Part shown: piece by piece, positions 8,362-17,804 of the stretch
How positions within the stretch are numbered: position 1 is the first letter of the stretch
How the letters are laid out: each line of letters begins with the position of its first letter
NCBI GenBank assembly: GCA_032718475.1
Contig: JAUCBJ010006311.1
Coordinates: 1-34,066 of the forward strand
Direction: 5' to 3'
Source: Nemertoderma westbladi
Taxonomy: Eukaryota > Animalia > Xenacoelomorpha
DNA length: 34,066 nt
Translations under genes and position numbers: made by a program
The notes under the pieces: model-generated
Told to the model about the DNA's origin: nothing
Seen by the model: the letters and a program-made list of their open reading frames with translations, nothing else
Databases searched by the model: none

Positions 8362-11076
8362 CTATTGAATTTCATCGGAAAACTCTATAATCCCGCTACT
8401 AAGGAAGTGTCGGGGGGCTACTAATTTTGCATACAAATACTTAGCTATGGTATCCTTGTTACCATACCTGATGTTTAATGTATCCCAAACTTGTCTTAAT
8501 CCTTCTGGATGTCCAATAAACTTTAACGCCATTAACTTGGGAGGTCCTTCCAAGCACTTGATGAGGAATCTAAGTTTCTCTCCGTTAGATAGTACAGAGT
8601 TCTGTATGCTATCTTTGTAATATTCGTTGAAAGGTAACCATTTCATCTCATCTCCATTGAATTTGATGATCTCTCCCACTTTGACCGCTTGGCGGGCTTC
8701 TGTTCTAGCCATCTGACGCGTAAAGCTTTCTTGGGCCATCGTGTTATTTAATATCGAATTATCGGTATATAAATTTCTCGGATCATTATCAGGTCTATAG
8801 GGAATATCATTAATAACAGGTCTATAATCACCCTTAATAGGGTTTGCTATAGGAGTTTCAACTTCACTAGCAGTATAGATGCGTGTAGGCTCCACACCTT
8901 GCGCATGTAATACTTCAGACCTAACAGGTTGACACAATGTTACAGGGGGTATTGGTATGCCCTTTTGTATATTGACTAATTTGTCGCGTTCTAGCGCGAT
9001 ACTTTGCTGCACTTCTTGCAACTCTGCTCTACCTTCCCTCACTGTTCCCTTAAGTTGGTGGACAGTCTCCTGCATCTGTCCCAGCAGGAGATTCATCCCC
9101 CACCGTCCCTCTTCCACCCACTCAACCGCCGAAGCGGGAGTCGCCAACATAGTAGCGGGCTGACGCGGGATGACGGGAGACAAATTTTTGATTTCTCTCT
9201 CTGCTATCTGGACAGGGACATTCTCTTGGACTGTTCCACCGGGTACAGGCAGTGTAGTACTATGTAAAGGGAATTTAGAGTTAAGCTCTGGAAGTACAGG
9301 GGTCTCTAACACAGAAGTGACTTTGGGAACGACAGGCCTAATTATCTCAGGCTCATCAACTATTGTAGAGAGTCTTTGGACCTTAATACTTTGGGCTGTA
9401 GGTTCTATACTACTCAAGTCTGTGCTAGCTAGCTGTCTTCTAACAGCTGGGGGCAAATCAGGCAATTTGCGATGGTAAGATGTTTTTCTACGCCTACTTA
9501 GATGAGATCTATTTCCTCCGCCTTCAGGATCGGTAGTCTCGCCTTCCTCCGAGGATGTGTATCCCTGGCGCTTGGGAGTAGATTTTCTCATCATCTGCAT
9601 TTGATTAGCAGTAAACTGTTTATTTATGCTGTCTTGCGTCTCTTGCAGATTTTCCAACTCTAGTTGGATAGTCTCCTCAGACGCTCTCCGTTCGGCTTCT
9701 GCCACTGTTGCCTTTCTTTCGGCTTCCGCCGCTTTTCTTTCTGCTTCTGCTTCTGCCGCTTTTCTTTCGGCTTCTGCTTCTGCCGCTTTTCTTTCGGCTT
9801 CTGCTTCTGCCGCTTTTCTTTCGGCTTCTGCTTCTGCCGCTTTTCTTTCGGCTTCTGCTTCTTTTCTTTCTGCTTCTGCTTCCGCCGCCGCTGCTGCTGC
9901 TACCTTTCTTTTCTCTATCCGTTCTTTCTTTACTTGTTCTTCTCGGACTCTAGTGAGGCGGAGTTTTTCATCACATTCAGCTTGGTTTGCAGCTAACATT
10001 TCGGCATCGATTGAGTCCAACACAAGCTTGGTTCCTTCACTATTAGGGGAAAGTCCAGACAGTCGTCTCCTCAACTCTTCGTCTCCTAGGAATCGCTGAT
10101 AGTCAGACAAATAAATGTCGATAGCGTCTCTAGTTCGCGGTTTCTCGGCGGTCTCTTCGCTTTCCGCTTGAGAAAGGGTGACATCAGTTTGTTCTTCACA
10201 GGTTGATCTCTCTGCCAGCTGGGATTTCCACTGGGTCGTTTCCTGTACTTTGAGATCTACCCGATGTAACCAAGTTTTGACAGCAACCTGCAGCGACGTG
10301 TCCTGTCTTCTTTTGGAAGTTTCCTCAAAGGCTGAGAGGATTAGTCGTATGCGTAGGGTTCTTTCGCGTATTTGGTATAGCAGCTCTTCCTGCTCTTGAG
10401 GTCCTTGAGGTTGTCGAAACAGTTGTTCTTCCAATCGCTCCAAGGAGCCGAAGAATCCCTGCACATATCCTGCTGCCGACCTCTTCCAAACAGCTGGATC
10501 CATTGTATCTTTTGCCACTCCCATCCTGTGTATATCTTCCCAAGTAGCCTCGGACAGATCCAACGGGAGTCCGAGTCCGGGAAAGTTCCATTGTGATTCG
10601 ACAATAGATATCAATTCTTCCCTGGCGTATCCCGCATAATTATCTTGGGTCGCTCGCTTATTCCTCGCCCAGTCGGCTTGATGTTCCTCCACCGCAATGA
10701 ATATAGTAGTTAGCACTGCAGCAGGAAGGGTAAGAAGGGGGTCCGAGTAGACTGTAGCAGCCATCTGCACTCCGCGTTCGGGGGTCAGCTCTACAGTATC
10801 CGAACTGCTGGAGCTATCGGGTCGCTGGGAAGTAGGTTCTTGACCAAGATGTTGCTGCGATAGGACAACTGCCTCTTGGTTCCGTTTGACCTGTGCCCGA
10901 GTGCCTATGATGGACCTATGGTGGATTAGCCTAGGGTCTGATACTACTGGAGGGATGACCTTTTTTGCAGTAGGAGGTGAGCTGAACTCCTTTCTTAATC
11001 GCTCCACACTCCTATCTGTGTCACAGATGGTTGTATCGATCAGACTGTCTGACAGGTTTTGCTGAGTGTCAGACAT
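8362..11076 (-). CDS. gag: BEL/Pao Gag N-terminal part (long coiled-coil/low-complexity region plus start of DUF1759-like capsid domain), ending at an in-frame TAG
   Basis: 904-aa ORF; KFNGDEMKWLPFNEYYKDSI...LSNGEKLRFLIKCLEGPP...LNIRYGN is the typical BEL Gag pattern; the frame continues beyond the TAG. Confidence 0.88.
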   Translation of the reverse strand: MSDTQQNLSDSLIDTTICDTDRSVERLRKEFSSPPTAKKVIPPVVSDPRLIHHRSIIGTRAQVKRNQEAVVLSQQHLGQEPTSQRPDSSSSSDTVELTPERGVQMAATVYSDPLLTLPAAVLTTIFIAVEEHQADWARNKRATQDNYAGYAREELISIVESQWNFPGLGLPLDLSEATWEDIHRMGVAKDTMDPAVWKRSAAGYVQGFFGSLERLEEQLFRQPQGPQEQEELLYQIRERTLRIRLILSAFEETSKRRQDTSLQVAVKTWLHRVDLKVQETTQWKSQLAERSTCEEQTDVTLSQAESEETAEKPRTRDAIDIYLSDYQRFLGDEELRRRLSGLSPNSEGTKLVLDSIDAEMLAANQAECDEKLRLTRVREEQVKKERIEKRKVAAAAAAEAEAERKEAEAERKAAEAEAERKAAEAEAERKAAEAEAERKAAEAEAERKAAEAERKATVAEAERRASEETIQLELENLQETQDSINKQFTANQMQMMRKSTPKRQGYTSSEEGETTDPEGGGNRSHLSRRRKTSYHRKLPDLPPAVRRQLASTDLSSIEPTAQSIKVQRLSTIVDEPEIIRPVVPKVTSVLETPVLPELNSKFPLHSTTLPVPGGTVQENVPVQIAEREIKNLSPVIPRQPATMLATPASAVEWVEEGRWGMNLLLGQMQETVHQLKGTVREGRAELQEVQQSIALERDKLVNIQKGIPIPPVTLCQPVRSEVLHAQGVEPTRIYTASEVETPIANPIKGDYRPVINDIPYRPDNDPRNLYTDNSILNNTMAQESFTRQMARTEARQAVKVGEIIKFNGDEMKWLPFNEYYKDSIQNSVLSNGEKLRFLIKCLEGPPKLMALKFIGHPEGLRQVWDTLNIRYGNKDTIAKYLYAKLVAPRHFLSSGIIEFSDEIQ
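9687..9903 (-). repeat. Coding 27-bp minisatellite in gag encoding (AAEAEAERK)n
   Basis: Four perfect AAEAEAERK units plus flanking variants in the translation. Confidence 0.9.
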
Positions 11077-11214
11077 GTTTAGCTATACAGTTGAATGTCT
11101 ACTACTATATTTTCAGTTAAAGCAAGTCTGGTAATTCAGTATGACCGCAAGCCTAGCGATTTATTACCGATACCGTTACTCAGTGTAACGTGATATATAT
11201 ACAATATATTAGAA

Positions 11215-11583
11215 TACCGGTATGCTTATAGTATATATATAAGTATTATTACAGACTAGATTTGTCACAGAGTACCGGTATATAATTTTAGCACAAATAT
11301 ATATAAATATATAATAGGCCTATCGTGAATACCGGTATACAGCTGACACGTATAGTATATATAAGTATTATTACAGACTAGATTTGTCACAGAGTACCGG
11401 TATATAATTTTAGCACAAATATATATAAATATATAATAGGCCTATCGTGAATACCGGTATACAGCTGACACTTATAGTATATATAAGTATAATTATGAAC
11501 TAGAATTAATTACAGAGTACCGGTATGATTTCAGCTCAAATTTATAGAAATAAATATAATAAGCCTATGGTAAGTACCGGTAT
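11215..11583. repeat. Three tandem ~122-bp repeats in the element leader
   Basis: AAGTAT anchor recurs at 11241, 11363 and 11485; copies 1 and 2 near identical, copy 3 diverged. Confidence 0.92.
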
Positions 11584-12571
11584 GTCAATTATTTTTAGAA
11601 TAATTGAATTCCTGAATATTTTAGGGTGACTTAGTTACTTTAACTTACTTTGTTACCGTTATTTAAGCAGTAGTCCAACTGATAGTGAGACCTAGTTGTT
11701 GTATGACAGGCCTACTATTTATAAATCGTTTGAGTTGATTTATAATATTTATATACCCGTTTAAAATGGGTTTTTGTCAATATTTGAAATAAATGTTATT
11801 ATTTCTGGGGGTCACTACACAGAAGCTGTGCGCTCTCAGTGAAGTGCTATTTATTTGACACTAAAACTGATAATTCTAATTTACCTAAGTTACTTAATAC
11901 TACAAATTACTTACGATATGGTTGAGATTAAATCTCTAATTAAACACAACAAAAATATTACGTACGAATTTTTAGGGTAATTTTACAGGAAGTCTACAAA
12001 CCAGCCTAACAAAGGGTTAGATTTCTGGTTATCACAATGAACAGGGTACTACGGTATTTGAAATAATAAGTAGTAGTAAATACACTGCGTTGTCCAGATA
12101 GGAAAATACCACCGCCTGACGACCTATAACCGTATCGCTATAGGTACTACGTTATGTATCACGGATTGTTCCTACCCAGAAGTTAATAGAGCTAACGAAT
12201 GTGCCTATCAACCACTTTACAACACAAATATACTGCCTACACACTAATTACTTCGGAAAGCACTGTACACTAAACCCTAAATTAGGTACAAGTACCGGTA
12301 TAACAAATAATCAGTAGTTAAATATACTTGAACAGTTAAAAGAACCACGGCATCTGCTGGAGTGACCAGAGCACAAAGTCACCAGTCTTGTCCTACGCCA
12401 AGCAGCCTGTGTAGTACCGGGGTTAATTTAACTATAACGGTATGTATAACAAGCACAATTACTGTAGGAATAAACTTGGGGACATGAATGTTGCGAATAA
12501 TCGCATAAACTCTGAATAATAAATATTACGCTACCCGTACAGAATACTCAAACAAAAATACAAACCAAACG

Positions 12572-13095
12572 CTGGCAGACTACTATCAAGCCTAAACAAA
12601 CTACAGTATGTGCAGATTCTGAAACTGTTAGTTAGTATGCGTTCTAACACGGTAGTACGACTTATTCTTTAAGAGGGGATTGACCTTACAGCATATGGCT
12701 GCCCCAACTTACTAACGGCACTTTATCAGACAAACTCTACACACGCAGCAATCCCTTCAGACCTAACAATAGCTAGACAACAATCCAGCCTACAAAATAT
12801 CTGAGTAATAACTATTACGGTACCTGAACAGACCACACAAACAAACACAGGCTAAAACACTGGCAGACTACTATCAAGCCTAAACAAACTACAGTATGTG
12901 CAGATTCTGAAACTGTTAGTTAGTATGCGTTCTAACACGGTAGTACGACTTATTCTTTAAGAGGGGATTGACCTTACAGCATATGGCTGCCCCAACTTAC
13001 TAACGGCACTTTATCAGACAAACTCTACACACGCCGTAATCTCTCCAAACTCAACAACAGTCAGACAGCAGCTCAGCCTACAATTATCTGAACAA
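12572..13095. repeat. Tandem duplication with 288-bp period in the leader
   Basis: CTGGCAGACTACTATCAAG...CTCTACACACGC identical from 12572 and 12860 (~175 bp), followed by diverged similarity. Confidence 0.92.
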
Positions 13096-13260
13096 TCTGA
13101 GCAGGGTCACACGCCTTCTGCTCAATATTAGCCTACTAGTAAATAAAACCGACAGAAATAAGTAGAATCTCAAATAAAAATCAGGGCGGCCGTTCCCTGA
13201 TTAAGTACCAAGACCTACCGGTATACAATAATCAAAATCGAATAATACTAATGTACTTAT

Positions 13261-13389
13261 ACAGCAGTACCGGTTAGGACAGTTGGGCCTACAGACCTAC
13301 AGAAATACCGGTTCTGGCAGTTGGACCTACGGACCTACAGCAGTACCGGTTCTGGCAGTTGGGCCTACTGACCTACAGAAGTACCGGTT
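13261..13389. repeat. ~3.4 tandem 38-bp repeats just downstream of the PBS position
   Basis: Units like ACAGCAGTACCGGTTCTGGCAGTTGGGCCTACTGACCT start at 13261, 13299, 13337 and 13375. Confidence 0.92.
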
Positions 13390-13446
13390 CAGGTTTACCG
13401 GTCACTACGGTATTTTGCAACCTTATTGCTTACTGCAATAAGATCG

Positions 13447-13457
13447 ATAACTGTTAT
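13447..13457 (-). other. Non-canonical primer-binding-site position (ATAACAGTTAT), no TGG
   Basis: Sequence directly after the 5' LTR lacks the TGG that pairs with tRNA CCA; it is complementary to LTR segments 13747-13754 and 14210-14220. Confidence 0.55.
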
Positions 13458-14666
13458 TGTTCGCGCTTTTGAAGACCTTTAGCAGTTTAACCTGCCAAAA
13501 TTTATATGTCTTTTAGTTAATTAAAACACCTTTAGCATACGACAATATTTTATGCTAATAAACAAAACATTAACCGAAGCCAGCCCATGCGCGATCATTC
13601 ACCCGATGGATCTACACCCGGGAGGCTGAATTCGGCTGCTTAAATTTTATTATTGCAGTGTAAGGTTGCAGTGTAAACCTACTGTATTATTAGATAGATC
13701 GTTAATGATTAATTTCTGACAGATATTATTGGCTTTCGGGAAATATTAACAGTTCCTTTAGGACGTGGCGCTCTATCTATTTAAACAGAACTAGGACTTA
13801 TACTAAACGCAACGATACTGCTTATGATTAAAGTATAAGGCGCATTCTTTAGGAAATGCTTTGTTACCAATCACAATCATACACACTATTCTGCCGACCG
13901 TCAGTATATTTGATCACACATAAAGAGAGCAGCAATTGACTCATGTAGGGTCTGCTAAATAACATTAGATTCAATACACACCACATTAATATAAATCGCA
14001 ATTGTTATGTATAGCCTGTCTCTCTAACCTGTAGTGTATCAAGAAAATTGGGAATTTTGGGTGATTTATCCGTATTCTCCAAAGGGCAATAATTCATCAA
14101 CAAATAGATACAATTAATAACTGACGGTAAATAACAGTACAAACAATATGATTAGTGCAGTTAAATTAAGTGAGTAAGACTAGATCGGATAAGTAGGATG
14201 GATGGATGGATAACAGTTATACTTTCGATAATTTAAGCAGTTTTACTAGAGTTCTTCCCAAAAGCCGGTGTTATGGCGAAAAATGGGAACACAACAACAG
14301 AATCATATGAAGAATCATATGACTAGCTGACTATACGAGGATACCAACTACCCTTATTCCCCGAAGCTCCCGTCCAACACAGAGGATGAGCATAGAGATA
14401 GGAAATTCAGTTCAGTAGCTCTGGGATAGGTCGAAATCAACGCCCACTCAAATTCTATTGGCCGACACGGGCAGCAGGGCTGAGGCAACCTCCCTAAGCT
14501 GGTTGGCCGATTAAACGGAGCCCAGATACCTCCGTACAGCATATCAGCCAATAAGCTGGTAGCTTGCACTATTTTAGCTATAGATCCCTTTTAGAGTATT
14601 CTAGCGACCGGGGGGGAACTGGCCAGCAAAGGCAAACGTATCAGTTATCCCACAAAAGCTTTTACA
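13458..14666 (-). repeat. 5' LTR (1209 bp)
   Basis: Minus strand reads TGTAAAAGC...GCGCGAACA; matches 1646-2854 apart from 4 substitutions I counted (1880/13692, 2364/14176, 2651/14463, 2722/14534). Confidence 0.97.
13778..13785 (-). promoter_or_regulatory. Candidate LTR TATA-like box (TTTAAATA)
   Basis: TATA variant about 130 nt upstream of the only AATAAA I found on the LTR minus strand; positional inference only. Confidence 0.4.
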
Positions 14667-15518
14667 TTGATAGTAACAATGTGTTGGCAAGCTGTATTTA
14701 TCGAGGTGTTTGTTATTATACATTTATTATAGGAAGGGATAGACCCCTAGATCCCTTCCTATAATAAATGTATAAAAATTTCATAGAGTTTTTAAACTTG
14801 TATTTTTCGCCGGTTTGTGAAAATTGTTGTACCAGCACCTAATTTTTGAAAATAAGCAAATTGATCAGGTTTATGAGAGGGTCCTGAATCCGATGGAACC
14901 AATAAAAACACCACTGGACATCGCAACCTTTTACTTGTTGGTGATGGGAACGAAATTTGATGCTAGCACCAAAATTTACCAAATTACGCCGAAAAATACA
15001 AGTAGCAATTATCTGGCATATTAGAAATGTACAACATTAGAATCAGAGCCTGAGAAAACCTGACAATGTGAATTTATAGCATCGTATAAGTGAATAAAAA
15101 ACGTTGTGTTCTAACTGAAAAGTGCTGGTTACTTGTTTTTTTCATTTTTTTCCTACGCAGAGAGGACAGCCATTTATAGTAATCATATCATTTTTAAATA
15201 TTTTCCAATGTATTTTGCGCCCCAGATAAACTGTATTGAAAAACAATAAACCGAAAAATGTAACTTTCAAATTTTGTGAAAATTGTGCACTATTTGTAAT
15301 TTTGGTGCTGCAATATAACCACCGCAGTACATTTTTATTAAATTTTTTTTTCGGCCGGATCCAGACTAGTGATACCTACGTACAAACAAAAAATCAGACG
15401 TTTTCGTAAAAATTTGTAGATTTAAGAGGGCGGGGGTGGTCAATTTGACCCCCTCACCCCCCCCCCCCCCCCCCCTGTATTCGTACAACATTTTATAGCC
15501 CGGTACTAATAGTGTTAA
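14667..15518. mobile_element. Right part of the interrupted DNA-transposon-like repeat, ending TACTAATAGTG-TTAA
   Basis: Same subrepeat at ~14867-14906; the end resembles TTAA-CCCTATTAGTA at 32841-32855 (1 mismatch). Confidence 0.5.
14716..14775. repeat. Perfect 25-bp inverted repeat with 10-nt spacer
   Basis: TTATACATTTATTATAGGAAGGGAT / ATCCCTTCCTATAATAAATGTATAA. Confidence 0.95.
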
Positions 15519-17208
15519 ATTATGCATACAATTAGCCTCGAAATAACGATATTTCATGTCCAAGTGCACGGGGCAGTCTGCATCACGAAGATGCGCAATC
15601 ATAAAGTAGCATAGTGACAGCCCTACCCCGCTACCGGTCCAAATTCACGAAATTCGCATTCACGCAAACAAACGCGTAAAATAAGACTCGAGATAGCTAT
15701 GAGAGAATTTGTAAAGCTTTGTCATTTTCAAATCAATTAGATTAATTCGATTAATTAATTATGGCAAACTCGTGAAATATTCTATGTTCCAACCAAAATT
15801 CCATTGCCTTTATCATGTTATGTTCTTTATGTCCAAATCCTGGACTCAGAAGATATTTGCTCCACTCAGAATTTTATATCCCATTAGTTCCAAAAGCAAT
15901 ACAAATCGGCTACCATCAACCTCCACATTAATGTCTATATGAATGATGTTTTGATCAAAGGGGGCAATATAATCTCATCAATTTTGATGCCAGACTGAGA
16001 TGGCTATACTGAGATGACTATTGATAACTCTCAGGATCAAAACCTAATGGTTTATGCATATTTATTTCAAAATTTGTCAGTGGTTTTTAAGATTGTATTA
16101 TGCAGATTGGAATAACTATAGTCTTCAGAAGTGCTTTGAGTTTGTTATATATATATTATGTGGTTTATTTTCAGTATTAAAAATATCACATAAGAATGAA
16201 CGCAATTCACCACAAGCTATGTATGGGTCATCATCAACAATAAGATCATCAATGTTGTCTATCCTGCATTCAAAGGCAGATTTTAATTCAGCCTTTACAT
16301 ACTCTGCAGATATTTGTGACATATTCGATATTGAATCATTAGTTGTAGTATCAGTACCTAGTAGTTGTATTAATAGTTCCATCATCAAAAGCATCCTGGA
16401 GAATCTCTTGATCCATTGGGATAAGGTTAACACCCATATATTGACTATTTCAACTGCGGTTGTTATCAGTAATAATATCATTCTTTAATAGAATCTTGGC
16501 AGTTAAGAATGTCAGTTAATCTTCGTCCATTTTTCAACATGTAATAATGATAACAAGTTGAACATATAGTTTTGTTGATACCTGAGATATCCTTTTGATT
16601 TACCATATATATTAGAATACCTACCTTCATTGTCTTATTATTCTTCCGATATAAATAATATGTAGGCTAGTAAATATATTGTAAAGCAGATGCTACAGCT
16701 TGTAAATGAAAAATAAGCCCCTAAATATTTTCTGCTTATTCCTTTAATAAGACTGTCACAAACTTGTAGGAAATGATACTCAACTTCCACTTCATTATTG
16801 TTACAAAGAAAAACAGAGTACATTCCCAGGGTATGTTATACAATCTATTGTACTCTATTAAAAGTGAAGGGGAGGAACAATTTAGCTGCACTATAGGTAG
16901 GTATATGTAAGGTTACATGCATGCCCATTCATCATATTATTTAGATATAGCACCATTGGATAGGAGTTCTTAAAATAAAGCACACCTTTGGGAGACTGGG
17001 TCTTTTGTAGTACCAGATTTTTATAAACTGTGAACATAGTCATTCATTTACATCTTTAATAAATTGACCATTACACTGCACTGCACAGCTTGTAGATTGC
17101 AAGCCCATCTTAAGGTGATCGAAATGAGGGTATCTCAAACTTGAGATGTCCAATTCCTATAACTTTTGATTAGCATGTCAGACTGCTGCATGTAGTATGG
17201 TTGTTTAA

Positions 17209-17804
17209 AGGGAGGGGGGGGGGGGGTGGCGTTGCTCATTTTCTGACCAAAAAGACGAATTTTTGAAACATATCCTATCTGATGCAGAATGTCATGCTGA
17301 ATCAAAATAATATGGAAACCGTTTTCCATATCTTGCTTAGTTTCGAGATATCTGGGGTAGAATATACTGGCACCGATATAGCGTGATATCGGTAAATGCG
17401 ATGATGTTTGGTGTTTGCATTCAATTTGTGCAAATTTCTGTGCTCAGTGGTGCCAATTGGATGTCTCCACGAGTAAAAGCACAAAATTGTAATTGATAAG
17501 CTATTTTTTTATGATTATTGGACCTACTGGTCAGTTTATAAGACAACTTCAAGTCTCCGGAACAATGAAGGGTCTCATAAAGTGACTCCACAGTCTTTGC
17601 GGGATTATGCGGAATAGACTTATTAGTATACCTTCTCAAGTAAAATTTTGTGCTCTTTCTCGTGGAGACATCCAATTGTCACCACTGAGCACATAAATTT
17701 GCAGAAATTGAATGCAAACCCCAAAATGAAATTCTGTATCAGGTAGGATATATTTCAAAAATTCGACTTTTTGGTCAGAAAATGGAGCCCCCCCCCCCCC
17801 CCCC
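17209..17804. mobile_element. TTAA-flanked MITE with long imperfect inverted repeats (Kolobok-like ends)
   Basis: TTAA at 17205-17208 and 17805-17808; G-run/C-run ends; arms 17237-17297 plus 17404-17488 are the reverse complement of 17644-17783. Confidence 0.75.

Larger units (their letters stand above)
1646..14666 (-). mobile_element. BEL/Pao-superfamily LTR retrotransposon, non-autonomous (gag-pro retained; RT, most of RNase H and integrase deleted) with an extra 3' ORF
   Basis: Two 1209-bp direct repeats with TG...CA termini; 5-bp TSD TTGAT at 1641-1645 and 14667-14671; BEL-type Gag (DUF1759-like region, three Cys/His knuckles), LLDSGS protease, NPADxxSRG RNase H tail; PPT next to the left LTR. 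Confidence 0.96.

Noticed and set aside
9626-10099. Plus-strand Ser/Ala-, Phe/Cys- and Leu-rich ORFs
   Set aside because: Antisense shadows of the gag minisatellite
13261-13389. CRISPR-like array
   Set aside because: Contiguous tandem units with no unique spacers, eukaryotic context, no cas genes
15800-16488. 118-aa and 144-aa ORFs and adjacent protein-like remnants
   Set aside because: No family motif recognised; possibly a decayed transposon gene but unsupported
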